In this document: positions 39,701 to 52,141 of the stretch, in pieces
Layout of the letters: every line of letters starts with the position of its first letter
How positions within the stretch are numbered: the first letter of the stretch is position 1
Assembly: GCF_006345805.1 (NCBI RefSeq)
Contig: NC_043002.1
Coordinates: forward strand, 62,248,001-62,312,000
Source of the DNA: Octopus sinensis
Lineage: Eukaryota
Direction: 5' to 3'
Length of the DNA stretch: 64,000 bases
Program-made: the position numbers and the translations under genes
Notes under the pieces: generated by a model
The model's database searches: none
Seen by the model: only the letters and a program-made list of their open reading frames with translations
Told to the model about the DNA's origin: nothing

Positions 39701-41275
39701 GTGGAATAAATGAGATTATTTAAGGTTGTCAAATCATTCCCCTTATTTCTTAAGATCTGTCCTAGGGCAACGTTATATGTCATGATTGTGTTGTTATTTC
39801 TTGTGCCATTTGAAAACTTTGGTAGTGGTTCTCTATTAACCATGTCAGTGAGCTCAATGTTGCCGAATTCTCTCATAATATCCACTTTTGCTTCCATAAT
39901 CTTTTCTCTATTATTCACCTCAAATTCTATGTCATATCTATTTTGGTTTTCTTGAGGAAGGTCTACGTTCTCCTCTTTTTTCAAATCTCTCGTCTTCGCT
40001 ATTCTTTGTTTAACTTCCCCATTGGGAAGTTGATTTGCCGCTTGTACACTGGCTTCTGTGCTACTGTTACCTATTTCGTCTACATTGTTGCTGTTTTCTT
40101 TTGGTCTACCATGAGCTATTAGTGTCCTAATTGTGTCAATTTCAGCGTCAGTTAGTCTTTTCTTTTTAATTATATCTCTGCGTACATTACTTAATTTATT
40201 TGCGTCTATATATCTACGTACGTCATTGCCTACTGAATTTCTCCATGAGATGTATGTTTGTACACTGAGGTTATTGTTTGGGTTTAGTTGGGCTGTATAA
40301 AAAGCTTTCAACACATATCTATAGTCCTCTCTGGTCCATTTTATACGTTTTGCTTTAGGTGGTGTTTTTGGTGGTGTCACTACAAGTCCAGAGTTAGAAG
40401 TATTCTGGTTCTGGTCACCTGGTAGATCGTCTTTTTGAGAGTTTGTTCCAGCAGCAAACTTTTCGATCCCAGTCTGGTTCCCTACTGGGTAACGCGGTCC
40501 TTGTTGTCCCGGGCGATGACCGATCCGGCATGATTTTTGGCTTGTTTTCATTAAATGATTGACGGCGACATCAGAGGGGTCCATTTTTTCAGAGTCAACT
40601 TTTTGACAAGACGCCGCTTCTGTGACGGTGACAGGGTCAATTTTTTGACAAAACACCGCTTCTGAATTATCCGAATTAATATATTGTTCATATCGAACTC
40701 GCATAAGACTTACAGATCGAAATTCGCCTCTATTTCTTTTGGTAGTCATGTTTCCGGGCATAACTGTGTAGTGACTTTCTAAATCCAGTGACCAATTTTC
40801 TCTTTTTTGCGTTTGTTCGTGAAAAATCGCTTTGTTTTTGTTTTGTTTTCGTCCGCGTAACGTGGTTTTTCTTTCTGTGTGTACGTGTGAGCGCGTGTAA
40901 GCATTATTTATGCTTTATGTACATGTATGCACAAACAGTTGCATGTACACTTTATAATTAAAATGTGTACGTGTATGCATAAACAGTTGCATGTATACTT
41001 ATTTAATTAATTAATTAATTAATCAATTTATGTACTTACTGTCTTTCAAGAGCTCTGATGTTCGCTTCTATTTCTTATGCATGTCACATGGAAATATTAT
41101 GCATAAAAGAAAGAAAACCATACTATATATGGCAATAATAGTTCGTACTTTTTAGTTACTTTGCCTTCAAAGAAAATTTGGAAAAGATATTTTGTGGAAC
41201 CTTTCTTCCATTGTAACGATGTTGTTGGATTAAATTCGTTTTTTGGAGAGAGGCTCCCAGGGAACATCCATGTTG

Positions 41276-41276
<1 letters not shown>
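36700..41276 (-). mobile_element. Apparently full-length Dong/R4-clade RLE non-LTR retrotransposon in a TAA array
   Basis: ~515-nt 5' leader, single uninterrupted ORF, ~160-nt 3' UTR, and (TAA)n on the element strand at both ends. Confidence 0.95.
36880..40761 (-). CDS. Intact 1293-aa Dong/R4 polyprotein: Myb-like domain, reverse transcriptase, CCHC knuckle, PD-(D/E)xK endonuclease
   Basis: KWTREDY..AFY..W..NKLSNVRRDI; KTPGLD; NYRPIT; QKG; IFQGDSLSPLLF; YMDD; YKYLG; CRFC..ETIDHLVSGC; RHD; RPD..IEVS; KLSKY. Confidence 0.95.
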   Translation of the reverse strand: MPGNMTTKRNRGEFRSVSLMRVRYEQYINSDNSEAVFCQKIDPVTVTEAASCQKVDSEKMDPSDVAVNHLMKTSQKSCRIGHRPGQQGPRYPVGNQTGIEKFAAGTNSQKDDLPGDQNQNTSNSGLVVTPPKTPPKAKRIKWTREDYRYVLKAFYTAQLNPNNNLSVQTYISWRNSVGNDVRRYIDANKLSNVRRDIIKKKRLTDAEIDTIRTLIAHGRPKENSNNVDEIGNSSTEASVQAANQLPNGEVKQRIAKTRDLKKEENVDLPQENQNRYDIEFEVNNREKIMEAKVDIMREFGNIELTDMVNREPLPKFSNGTRNNNTIMTYNVALGQILRNKGNDLTTLNNLIYSTAKVVTTQLGIKMTKKKARHVNEPPKWKVAIQKEIESLRADVSVLDELARGVNIKPRKARKIKQKYKIKDLINLPATKELLKQRIQLKAQRLRRYDKRNKFYRQNKFFKTDAKKFYREIGKNKIHIEDPPKIEEVEEFWKKVWSNEKEFNAEADWIEREKERLDELEEQKWEAIGIEELRCVLRKAHKWKTPGLDRIPNFWLNCLTEVHEHLAASLSDVIQNPEQIPAWLTEGTTYLLPKTEDTKNPKNYRPITCLNTTYKILTSIITERMYAFLEQNSILSQAQKGCKRNSYGCKDQLLINRMIVENCRSKNKNLSMAWIDYRKAYDSVPHKWILKALEIYKISPVVSKFLENSMTMWNTRLFLSHSNGMSQSNSINIKRGIFQGDSLSPLLFCMTLIPLSNELDSARYGYKVFSKLINHLFYMDDLKLFAKNDQELEGLLTTVKEFSNDIGMDFGLDKCAKATFVRGKLRQTAAVKLDIDTTIKELDPQESYKYLGINEGDGIHHANMKEKIRKEYYRRIRLVLKTELNSKNCIEAINTLALPVVQYSFNIINWNLTELQRLDRKTRKLLTSRIMHHPKADVDRLYLPRSSGGRGMMQLELCYKTSTVGMNRYLSSTKDWMLRLVCEHESSKKLHSIVKEAYKFERELGINLESGEEPEATATKQAKRIRQTAKKNGQNQIERRWSQKPLHGQYILRSQNADVDQATTHQWLKSSGLKAETEGFIMAAQDQSLFTRNYQANVLRNGTDPKCRFCDTFDETIDHLVSGCPVLTPNEYKNRHDRVGQYIHWKICKHYKSDTPANWYEHHPQPVVEGKDVTILWDFPVNTDRTIKANRPDIIVKDREENTCRLIEVSVPTDKNVSVKEFDKLSKYKDLEIEIQRMWNLKTKTVPVIVGALGMIKKGCQKHLDNIPGKPCLKEIQKIVLTSTAHILRKTLSM

Positions 41277-41362
<86 letters not shown>

Positions 41363-41396
41363 ATGATAATAATAATAATAATAACAATAATAATGT

Positions 41397-42166
41397 TTTA
41401 TCATAGCAGCACAAGATCAAATCTTGGCAACCAGAGCTTACCAAAACAAAATAAAATACAGTGGCATTGATCCGTAATGCAGAATGTGTCATGGGTAGTA
41501 TGAAACAGTGGACAACATCTTAACTGGATGCACAGCGCTCGCAAAAAGCGAATATATTCATAGACACGATAGAGTGTCTATGACTATATGTAAACACTAC
41601 CAGCTTCCAACTTCAGAAAGATATTACCAGCATTAAACTGAAGCTGTGGCCGGAAAAGATAATGTAACTGTACTCTGGGACATGCCAATCAACGCCGACG
41701 AAGAAATCAAGGCAAACAGGCCGGACAAAGTCATCAACCATAGGAAGAATAAATAATGCTTAATGATAGATGTGAAAGTACCATCAGAGAGAAATGTGAC
41801 CATTAAAGAAGTTGAGAATTTATTTAAGTACAAAGACCTCGAAATAGAAGTGACCAAGATGTTGTGAATGAAAAGCAGCCTAGCACCAGTGGTGATTGGG
41901 GTGTTATGGCTGATTAAAAAGACCTTGATAAGCAGCTCAACGAAGTCCCTTGCAGTGTTAACGCGGGAGAAATTCAGAAAATAATGTTGCTCGATTCCGT
42001 ACACATTTTACGCCGTGTACTCTCCATGAGACGAGGACCTGCTGTGACTCTAGGGTCAAGGGATGACCCCAGTTGAGCAGAAGACAACGGACCATATGTT
42101 ATTTTTTTAAAAATGCTGCTACTACTACTACTACTACTACTACTGCTGCTACTACTACTACTACTA

Positions 42167-42254
<88 letters not shown>

Positions 42255-42290
42255 TAATAATAATAATAATGATAATAATAATAATAATAA
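41397..42290 (+). mobile_element. 5'-truncated decayed Dong/R4 element (third family), endonuclease end
   Basis: FIIAAQDQILATRAYQ..CRMC..ETVDNILTGC..RHDRV..LWDMPI..ANRPD..IDVKVP..KYKDLEIE..EIQKIMLL..HILRRVLSM with several stops, then 3' stem-loop and CTA/TAA tail. Confidence 0.9.
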
Positions 42291-44963
42291 TCATCATCCG
42301 AACAGTCGACGTTGTTGCAATTCATGCATCAAAGCACATATCCCTCTTCAAGCATCAACTACTCGTGGTCTCATTTGTCATGTTGTAGAGAGTGCTACTG
42401 AAAAGATTGTTGGAAAGAAAACAACATACCCATAAGCAAGTTACTGAGACCAGAGAAGAAACATCACGCAAATACTGTTTAAAGACCAACTTTTTAGCAT
42501 GACGGTTATTCATAGCATCAGTTTACTATTTCACTAGTTAGGAAGGTTGCATGAATACAATGATAACATTAATCTTTCAGTTTCCAAAAATCCGTCGATA
42601 TATATAAATATATATACATGAACGTTCATTCAATGAATGAATTGCTCAATGTTCAATTTGAGCCATGCTTAGGAGCCTTTTGTATATATGACTTCTTGGA
42701 TAATATTATGAATGTGGTGCAAGAAAATTAAATGCTGCATATGTTTAATATGTTATTTATTACCACGAGTAAAGTTAGGTTCCTTTTGTAGACTACAGCA
42801 TAAGCTTATTAATATAAATGAAAGAATAGGACAGGGAGCAACTTGTTGAGGCAACTGAGATAGAATTTCTGAAACGGTTTAGCGTTTAATAACGCGTTCC
42901 AAATAAATATCATGCATAATTCAACGAAAGCAAAGGCAACCAAAGGCAAAGAAAAACAACTCTCATTCAAGATTCAGCAGAGAACAGAATTATACGAGGG
43001 AAGTTAACTCTTCATTGGAATGGCGGCCAGCTGTCAGAATCCCAGCAACGAAGGTAGATAATTGAATATGGTCAAGTGTGAGAGAAGCAGCTTCGTCATT
43101 ACATATATGAAATAATTAGAACCGACTTTTGAAGACTAAGTAAAGAAACTTTGGGTATCGTACGCCTGTAGCGCGTTCATGTCACTAAAACGAAAATCTT
43201 TCTGATTAAATGTGGGTTCTCTCATGGGATGAATGAAACCATGGCGTTACTTTTTTCAGCCTTTCTCATAGAGTTTTCTTCGTAGAAATATTTGGGTGGT
43301 TTGCCATAGATTTCCCCAATTTGATGGCCGTCGACCCAAAAGATATTGCTTTTCGTCTTCCTGGTGTCCAGACACCCTCCTCACAAGAGTAGCAATCTAC
43401 GTTAGTGACAGCAGCCGGTTTAGTCGCAGCCCACGTAACCATGAAACAAGTCTCACTGGTTTACAGGGTTCCTGTAACAGGTCTTGTCAGCTTGTGATGC
43501 GATCTCTGATCTGATTATCATTCAATAATACACGCAAGAATTAGAAAGCCGTTGAAGGGCGCAAGTGTATAGTCGGAGATGTATGATGATCTCTCAAGAC
43601 TAGGGAATATTAATTATTAAACATTTATCAATTTTATTTTATGTGTTTTTATGAACTTTTTTTATGCTTTCATTTTATTATGTGTAATTACTTGGATGCT
43701 TCACATGACATTTTGTAAGCGTGTTTCACTGTTCTCAGATGCTTCACTTTACTGTTTTCTTGCTTGTGTTAAACCAATTCTTTTTGTGAAAACGTTGTTT
43801 AACGTTAAGTAAGATGTCCTTGTATGCGGTGCGATTACTCGTGTCTAGCAGCGGAGTAACCGGTAAACCATTATCATCGTTATCATTATCTTCATTATGA
43901 GAGCTATGGACTGACAAAATTGCAAGAGTTTTGGTAAGATTCTTCGCGGCAGTTGATCCGGGTCTGCCAGCAAAATACAAATAATATTGATGTCAGCTAT
44001 GTATTTCATATCCTTGGGGTAGATAAATGTAGTATCTGCCGAGTATTGAGGTTGTTAGTATCATCGCGAAATCCCTGTTTCCACAATTAGTATCATCGAG
44101 AAATCCATGTTTCAGACGCAATTGTAATAAAAATTGAGGAGTAGAAGAATCGTTAGTGTGTCGAATAAAATGCCTTGCAGAGAATGTTAGGTGAAAGGTA
44201 ACCGATTAAATCTATCATAATATTCGACAGGTATCTTTATTTAGCGACATCAAAATCATGACAAATAATATTGGCGTTGGATAGATGTGGAATCAGAACG
44301 TAATAAGCCGTAATTAAGTAACGTAAGACAATTTACAATAACTCTTTTCTAGTTTAGAAACAAGGCTTGATAATTTCATAGAAGAAACATTGGTTGATTG
44401 AATCGACACGATTACATGCTAGGTTTTTAATTTATGAACTCGCAGACATATAAATGGACTCGCAGACATATAAATTGCAAAGTTAGTTGCGGTACGATTT
44501 GAACATAAAACAAGAAAATGTTGTGAAATCAAATAAAGCATAATATTCAATGCCCTTATGATTCTATCAACGTTGATGATAGCGTGGGTCTCACTTTGTT
44601 TACTGAGTATGAATGACAACTTAAATATTTGAAAAACAATATATAACATTCAATAAAGATTTCCCGCAAAATATACGCAAATGCATACTCAGAGATGCAT
44701 ATGTATGACCATGCATTTGTATGTGTTTATACATGTATGTGCATGTTGCGTGTGTGTATGTGTGAGGGAGAAAGAGACTGCGTGCGATATTTTTGCCTAT
44801 GGAGGTATGGACTGCGATACAATGTGTATACATGACAACATTCACTTCTTGTATCAGCAACACCAGCAGCAGCTGTTGCAGGGGGATGGTGGAAGTAGTA
44901 GTAGTAGTAGTAATAGTAGTAGTAGTAGTGGTGGTGTTGGTGGTGGTGGTGGTGGTGGTGGTG

Positions 44964-45011
<48 letters not shown>

Positions 45012-45292
45012 AGAAGGAGGAGAAGTAGCGGCGACGTCGTCTTTATCATCAAGGCAAGAACACATTAAACGAAAGTATGAGCACTTGAGTAAAAGTCATT
45101 ACGCATCTGTAAACGAAAGCTAAGAAGCCATCTTTGTCATTAGTTCGTTTATATGCGAAATTCCATTATTCTGTCCTATTATTTCGGGCGATACGTTATC
45201 TAGAATATTAATGGAATTCATTCATTTATTTTAGATAACAATATTAATGAAATCCCAGCTCTCCCATGGGGGAATGGGAGAGCAAGTATCAG

Positions 45293-45324
<32 letters not shown>

Positions 45325-45602
45325 CAAGAGGAAGAGAGGGAGAAAGAGAATGCAAGGGGGAGAGAGTGTGAATGAGAGGGATAAGATTGTAATATTGTAA
45401 TAACTGTGATGGTGAAAGCTGATCTATTTTCTTCATCTTTCTCTGTTATCCGTTTTCCTTATTTCGGATTTTGTGATCTGCAAGGAGGATAGACGTTGAA
45501 TTATGGGATTGATTGTGAAGATAGCCATGTAATGATACCGTGTATATTCTTTTATATGTATGAACAAATGTCTATGTATGATATGTATTACATGTATATG
45601 TA

Positions 45603-45650
<48 letters not shown>

Positions 45651-45916
45651 TATATATATATATATATATATAAATGTATGTGTATATATATATATACTTG
45701 CACACTTATGTTAGTGTACACATACACTCAATATATATATATATATAAATATACATGCATATGTATATATGTGTATATATATATGTGTGTGTGTGTATAT
45801 GTATATATACGTATACATATACATATGTACATCATGTATATTTATACATGTACATATATATATATATATATCATATATTATATATATATATATATATACA
45901 TATATATACGTATCTG

Positions 45917-45961
<45 letters not shown>

Positions 45962-45984
45962 GAGAGAGAGAGAGAAAGAGAGAG

Positions 45985-46002
45985 AGATAGATAGATAGAT
46001 AG

Positions 46003-46094
<92 letters not shown>

Positions 46095-46100
46095 TGATAG
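45985..46100. repeat. (AGAT)n microsatellite
   Basis: Direct reading. Confidence 0.95.
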
Positions 46101-48031
46101 ATAGATATTATATCCACACGTATTGAATAGAGATTATTGCGACAGATTACTGAAGTTCAAATTTTGTTGCAAAAGGTTCTCCAAAACCAATCCTATCTAT
46201 CATAATTAAGCGTGAGCAGTGTCGAATGGATGTGGTTCAAGAATCATCCATGGGGTATAGAAAAGACGACGTTAATCCTACAATATTTTGAAACTGATTT
46301 CTATAATCTCTTAGCTGATACGACGCATGTCTATTACAAATTATATTCCTGGATGTTAGACAACATACTTCTTTCATCTCCTTTCACGTACACAACCATG
46401 AGTTTACTCCATTAATTCAATGGATATCAAAGTGAAACGTGTCACATGCAACAAAAACAGTAAATGCTAAAAAAATAATTTGTTTTTTTACACTAATTTC
46501 ATTCTTTATTCAAACGGGGAAGATCACTAACTATATCAGTTTGACAATATAAGCGAAGTTTATAGGGACCGCTTTCTCCAAAGACGAGACAAGGATCTCC
46601 GAAGTAGACTTGCATGACGATAGATGTTTAGTGTCCTGTTTACTCAGCGAAATCACTCTTTCGTTTAATAGTTAATCCTCGTCCATAAAACTGTTGCTAC
46701 TTCTTTGTCAATCCAGTTTCACATACGATGTGTGTTGTGCTTTATATAAGTATATGTGTGTGTGTGTTTGTTTGTATGTATACATATATGTATGTATGTA
46801 TGTACTTGTATACGTACGTTTACGTACCCGTGTATATTTGGTTAAATGGTGCTCATTCTATATATGCTGAAGATAATTCAGATTGTATCCATTTAATCGC
46901 TGCGATGGTTTAAATGTTTAATCGGAGAAGTGGAACGCAGATGTAAATTTGAAGAGATTTCAGTTGCTTATAATAAAATCAACGCGCGCGCACACACACA
47001 CACACCTACACACATACACACACACACACACACACCTACACACATACACACACACACCTACACACATACACACACACCTACACACATACACATGCACACA
47101 AACACATATATATATATATATAATGAGTAGTTGTTTAACATATATGAACGTGGGGGTGTATTGTTACGCATTCAGGAAATTATTATATTAGTCTCACAAA
47201 TATATATTCCATGGTAATTGTCTCCCTTCTTACGATTTAAATAACATCGATCTTTAGAAATATATCATTAGTGTCCACGATAATTCTTTGCTCCCTTCAG
47301 TTTACTTAATAATACGTCTCCTAGAGTCTAACTTAGCGGCGTATACATCCACTGATAATTAAACACTTTCCGCGAATGCCAATCTCAGCCTGGTGCTTGT
47401 TAAACCTGTGTATATAAATCAATAAGGTAGGCTCAATACTTCGAACCTGGAAGATGTCTATATTTAATTAGATCGACTTACTATGCAACATGTGCTTAAA
47501 TGGTCACCTATTCTAAACCAATAATTTACATAATTGGTTATTACATCAAGATAGCGATTTGGCAAAATCTTTAGAACTTTGAATAAACTGTCATGCCGTT
47601 TTCCTTTCGATCCTCAGAGCACAGAGTTCAATTCGCACTATCTTCATTTTTGCCTGTAATCCTATGGAGTGTCATAAAAAAAAGTACCACATGAGAGCAG
47701 TGGCTTGTTGCATTTATTTTTGGTGCGACCATCGAAATTTCTTGATGAATCCATTCTAGATTTTTATGCTCTGTGATAAAATTCTGCTTGGGAATATATT
47801 TCGGTTGCTGGTCTGACTTTAAAAAAACTTCCCCGAGTCTACAAAGACTGTAAAATCTACATCATTTACATAAGGAGATTAGGCGTCTTCCAATACAGTA
47901 AAATGACAATAATTTCACAATAAATAATGCTATTCATTATTGTTTCTCCCATTATCTGTTATATATTATATTTCGATGTACATATGCGTATTAATAGTTA
48001 TTATAGCCATCAATATTTGAAATAAATATTG

Positions 48032-48068
<37 letters not shown>

Positions 48069-48220
48069 TATGTATGTATGTATATATATGAACATATTTC
48101 CCTACAGTATCGCTGAGTAGTTGAATATAATGTGTTCAACCAATTATTGCCGCCACTAATATCCAATTATGTGCTAAAAAGTAAAATGTCGATAAACGAA
48201 GAAAATTAATTCATTATATC

Positions 48221-48274
<54 letters not shown>

Positions 48275-48410
48275 GTTGTTGTTGTTGTTGTTGTTGTCGT
48301 TGTTATTATTATTATTGTTATTAATTTTATTATTGTCATTATTATTACTATTATTATTATTATTATTATTATTGTTGTTATTAATATTATTATTATTATT
48401 ATTATTATTA

Positions 48411-48472
<62 letters not shown>

Positions 48473-48684
48473 TTCTTTTGGTTGAAAATTAATATTTTAA
48501 GAAACTTCCTGTTTGTAGAAAATTCTGATTTCCCTGCGCTTACACTCAAGCAATTAGTACTATAGTCTATATACACTATGAAATGTAAACAAAAATGGTT
48601 TTATTAATTATTATCGATTACTTTTATATATACATACACATGCTTGCATCCATCCGTCCATATATACATGCATACATACACACA

Positions 48685-48726
<42 letters not shown>

Positions 48727-49589
48727 ATATATATTATATATATATATATAAAGTGAGTGTATACGTTGGTTCTCTGCCTGTCTGTCCCACACTCTCTCTC
48801 TCACTCAAACGCACACGCACACATACATACACACGTATGTGTGTATATATGTGTATCCGTTTATGTATTTCTTTTTTAAAATCAAATTGGCATTTGCTAT
48901 TTTTTAGCCCAATATCTCTGTAATAAGGAATTTTTTTAAACCAGCTTTATCCCAGGAACGAGCAAATATATTCTTTTCTAAAGACAGTGTCTCTGGGGTT
49001 GCATTACTCGGTATAATTAGGATCTTGTTCAGATTACAATGACAGCCACGTCATCATAAGATATTAAATTTGAGGCATATATTGTACAATAACATGTTCG
49101 CATATATGCATGTTCTCTCTCTTCCTCTCTCTCTCTCTCCCTCACTCTCTCTCTCTCTGTATACACACACATATATATACACATACACACATGTATATAC
49201 ATACAAACATACACAAGTCATATATATATAATTAAGAGAAGAAAATGGAGAGTTAATGTTTAATAGTTATTTATTAATAAATTGATAATCAATCGTTCCA
49301 ACAATTGTTTCTATTTGTAAACATTCAATAAATTACAAATTTATGCAATAAATTTGCATTTATAATTTATCAGCAAAATATCCGCAGGGAAATATCAGAC
49401 ATTAACAATCAGATATTCACCAATGTGTTCTTTCCAGCAAATTCTGATTTTGCACACTAACCTATTCTTTCCAGATGACTCAGAGTTTGCTGGAAGAACA
49501 GATTGGTCAACATGTAATTTTTTTAATGTCTAATATTTCCATGATGATATTTCGCACATAATTTATAAAAGTAGATAGATTGCATGAAG

Positions 49590-49812
49590 CTGCTTCGCAC
49601 AGATTGACCTTGAACTCTGCTGTGCATACACACTATGTTTTAACGTTCTAGTTTACTTCCGCTATTCGCACTAGTGATTGGAAGGAACGCGTACACGTGT
49701 GTAGCGTGTGATCGATACATTGAACATGGCAGGAAATTTGTGCAGAATATATACATCAAAGTTTGCCAAAAGCTTGGCGATACCTGCTCAGAGGCTTATG
49801 TAAAGTTTTGAA
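49590..49812 (+). mobile_element. Mariner 5' fragment (related copy, inverted relative to its neighbour)
   Basis: Aligns with the 5' UTR of the 49806-50433 element (ttgaactctgctgt..ttaacgttcta..ttggaagga..gtgatcg) and encodes a decayed ..IKVCQKLGDTCSEAY. Confidence 0.65.
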
Positions 49813-50433
49813 AAACATTTCATCGTTCTCGACACATTCGAGGGGACCTTGAGCAAGTGAAACCCGAGTGTCTTTTAGTCAGCTTAAAGCAGTTTTGTCA
49901 CAAACTTAGTAGACACGGGTCTAATACCCCAATCGTCAGTGATAATGGACTGAACTAAACTGTAACTAATCTGCACATCCTCTGATAACTCACGGATGGT
50001 GATTCGACGATTTTGCTTCACAGCTGCACGCAACAACTGCAATGTTTTCTCAGTTTTGCTGGTTGCGGGTCGCTTTGAAAGTTCGTCAAAATCGACATTT
50101 TTTCGTCCATCTTGGAAACGGCAGAACCACTCGTACAATTGGGTACGGCTCATAAACACCTCTCCAAAAACTTCCTGCAACTACCCGCAAATTTTTGTAG
50201 GTCTCTCAGCAGGTATCGCCATTAAAACTTTCTCTGTCATGGTCAATGCAACGATCACAAGATACACACCTTCCTTCCAAGCACTGCTGTAAGCAGAAGG
50301 GAGATAGAACGTTAACTTTTAGTGCGCTTGTACAGCAGAGTTCAAAGTCAGTCGTTGCTAAGCGGTTTTTCTCTGCGTCCTTTAGTTTCGTTTCTATAGC
50401 AACAGTCCTAATACTTATTGATCATCCCTCGTA
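49806..50433 (-). mobile_element. Mariner transposon 5' half (left TIR plus HTH region)
   Basis: TA-cgagggatgatcaataagt TIR; SRTQLYEWFCRFQDG..RPATS..RRITIRELSEDVQIS..KFVTKLL..CVENDEN. Confidence 0.85.
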
Positions 50434-50436
50434 TAA

Positions 50437-50481
<45 letters not shown>

Positions 50482-50582
50482 CATATACATATAATACACA
50501 CACATACACACACACACACACACACATATATATATGTACATATATATGTATGTATATGTATATATATATATAGATAGATAGA

Positions 50583-50613
<31 letters not shown>

Positions 50614-50644
50614 ATATATATATATATAAGTACATATATATATG

Positions 50645-50707
<63 letters not shown>

Positions 50708-51844
50708 CTATATGAAAGTTTTCAACTTGCAGCATTATCTTTCCTTTATAGATGATAAAGAGAAAATACGGGACGACAAATAACTATAGTACACCAATTC
50801 CATTACAATATACTCATAGAACCCATAATTTAGTATGGACACACATACGAACAAACACATACACACTAACGCACACGCAACACACTAATAAACATTAACC
50901 ACACACATACACACACAAACGGGCACACATATACGCACACCATCCTACCCCCAAAAATTATTTAAATAACACACATCTATTTACACAACAATGGACTCTG
51001 GAACCAATCAAAACAGCCCACACACACAAACACATGTATACATATATGTACACGCACACTCACACCATTCTGACCTCCATACAGACACACATATATACAC
51101 GCAGCACCATGCCAAATGCCATCCACACACATACATACACACACACACACAACACCAAGACAACCACACACGCGATTGACAAACGGACACACATACGCAC
51201 ACACCATCCTACCAGATCTTACAAACACACAGACACATCTATTCACACCACATATGTATATACACACACTCACCCCATCCTGACCCCTAACTCATTGATG
51301 CTTGAAGGGGAGACAAAAAAGGGTAAATTCTTTTCAGTTCCACATTACTCCTCCTTTTCCCCCCAACCAAACACACCCTTGAAATAGATAATATTATTTT
51401 ACAGTTACCGCAGTGGACAGGTCAGTTTTAGCTTCACTACTATAATAACGTAAATCTTTTTGAACTCATAATATTCTGTACGTGTATACCAATATTTACT
51501 GAACTTTTTTAATAATTCCTTCTGGAAATTATCTTGAGAATGTATAATATATTTGTTGTAATCTTTTGTGCCCATTATTTCAATGAGCTTGTTAAACTTT
51601 TTTATATTCTCAACATGCACTTGTCACCAAAGAATGTACATTTATATGGATTGTAGTACTCTGTGTCAACCAATATTCTGTGCATGGTTGAATATACAGA
51701 TACAATGCCAATACCAATATCAATTCCTTCTGGAAACTATCTTAAGCATGTCCTTGAGAATGATTTTTTATGTAGTAATCTTTTATGCCCAATATTTTAA
51801 GGAACTTGTTGAACTTTATTATGTCCTTAAAATGTCCTTGTTAC

Positions 51845-52035
51845 GAAAGACTGTATATATGTAATGTAGCAATTTGTAACAACCAATAATTAACGCAACC
51901 ACACTTCTACATGTTACTTTTGACAATCTTTTTCCAAAGAGTGAAACCGGTAAAGTAAATAAACATCCTTTAAATTGCATTTTTAAACCTTTCGTATATA
52001 ATTCTACTCGTGCGGTACCCTGCAACTCACTTTGT
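51845..52035 (+). mobile_element. Penelope-like terminal fragment (same family as 17680-18300)
   Basis: Close alignment to the reverse complement of the 17680-18070 region with an internal deletion; ends in (TA)n. Confidence 0.6.
51914..51958 (+). ncRNA. Hammerhead-like motif with U3-A8 core
   Basis: ttactt TTGACAA tcttt-ttcc-aaaga gt GAA ACCGGT A aagtaa. Predicted GUA site after 51952. Confidence 0.6.
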
Positions 52036-52141
52036 TATATATATATATAATATATATATATATAATATATTATATATATATATATATATAGACATATAGA
52101 TCTAATATTTTATACATATACATAGATTTTATTGATGGCCG

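Noticed and set aside
41040-41276. HDV-like ribozyme at the 5' end of the intact Dong element
   Set aside because: Only a 7-bp gatgttc/gaacatc pairing was found, which is expected by chance; P2, P3 and J4/2 could not be built. A descriptor search is still worthwhile.
44621-45068. Overlapping low-complexity ORFs as a secreted-protein exon
   Set aside because: The openness is explained by AGT/GGT repeats, and there is no recognisable domain or splice support.
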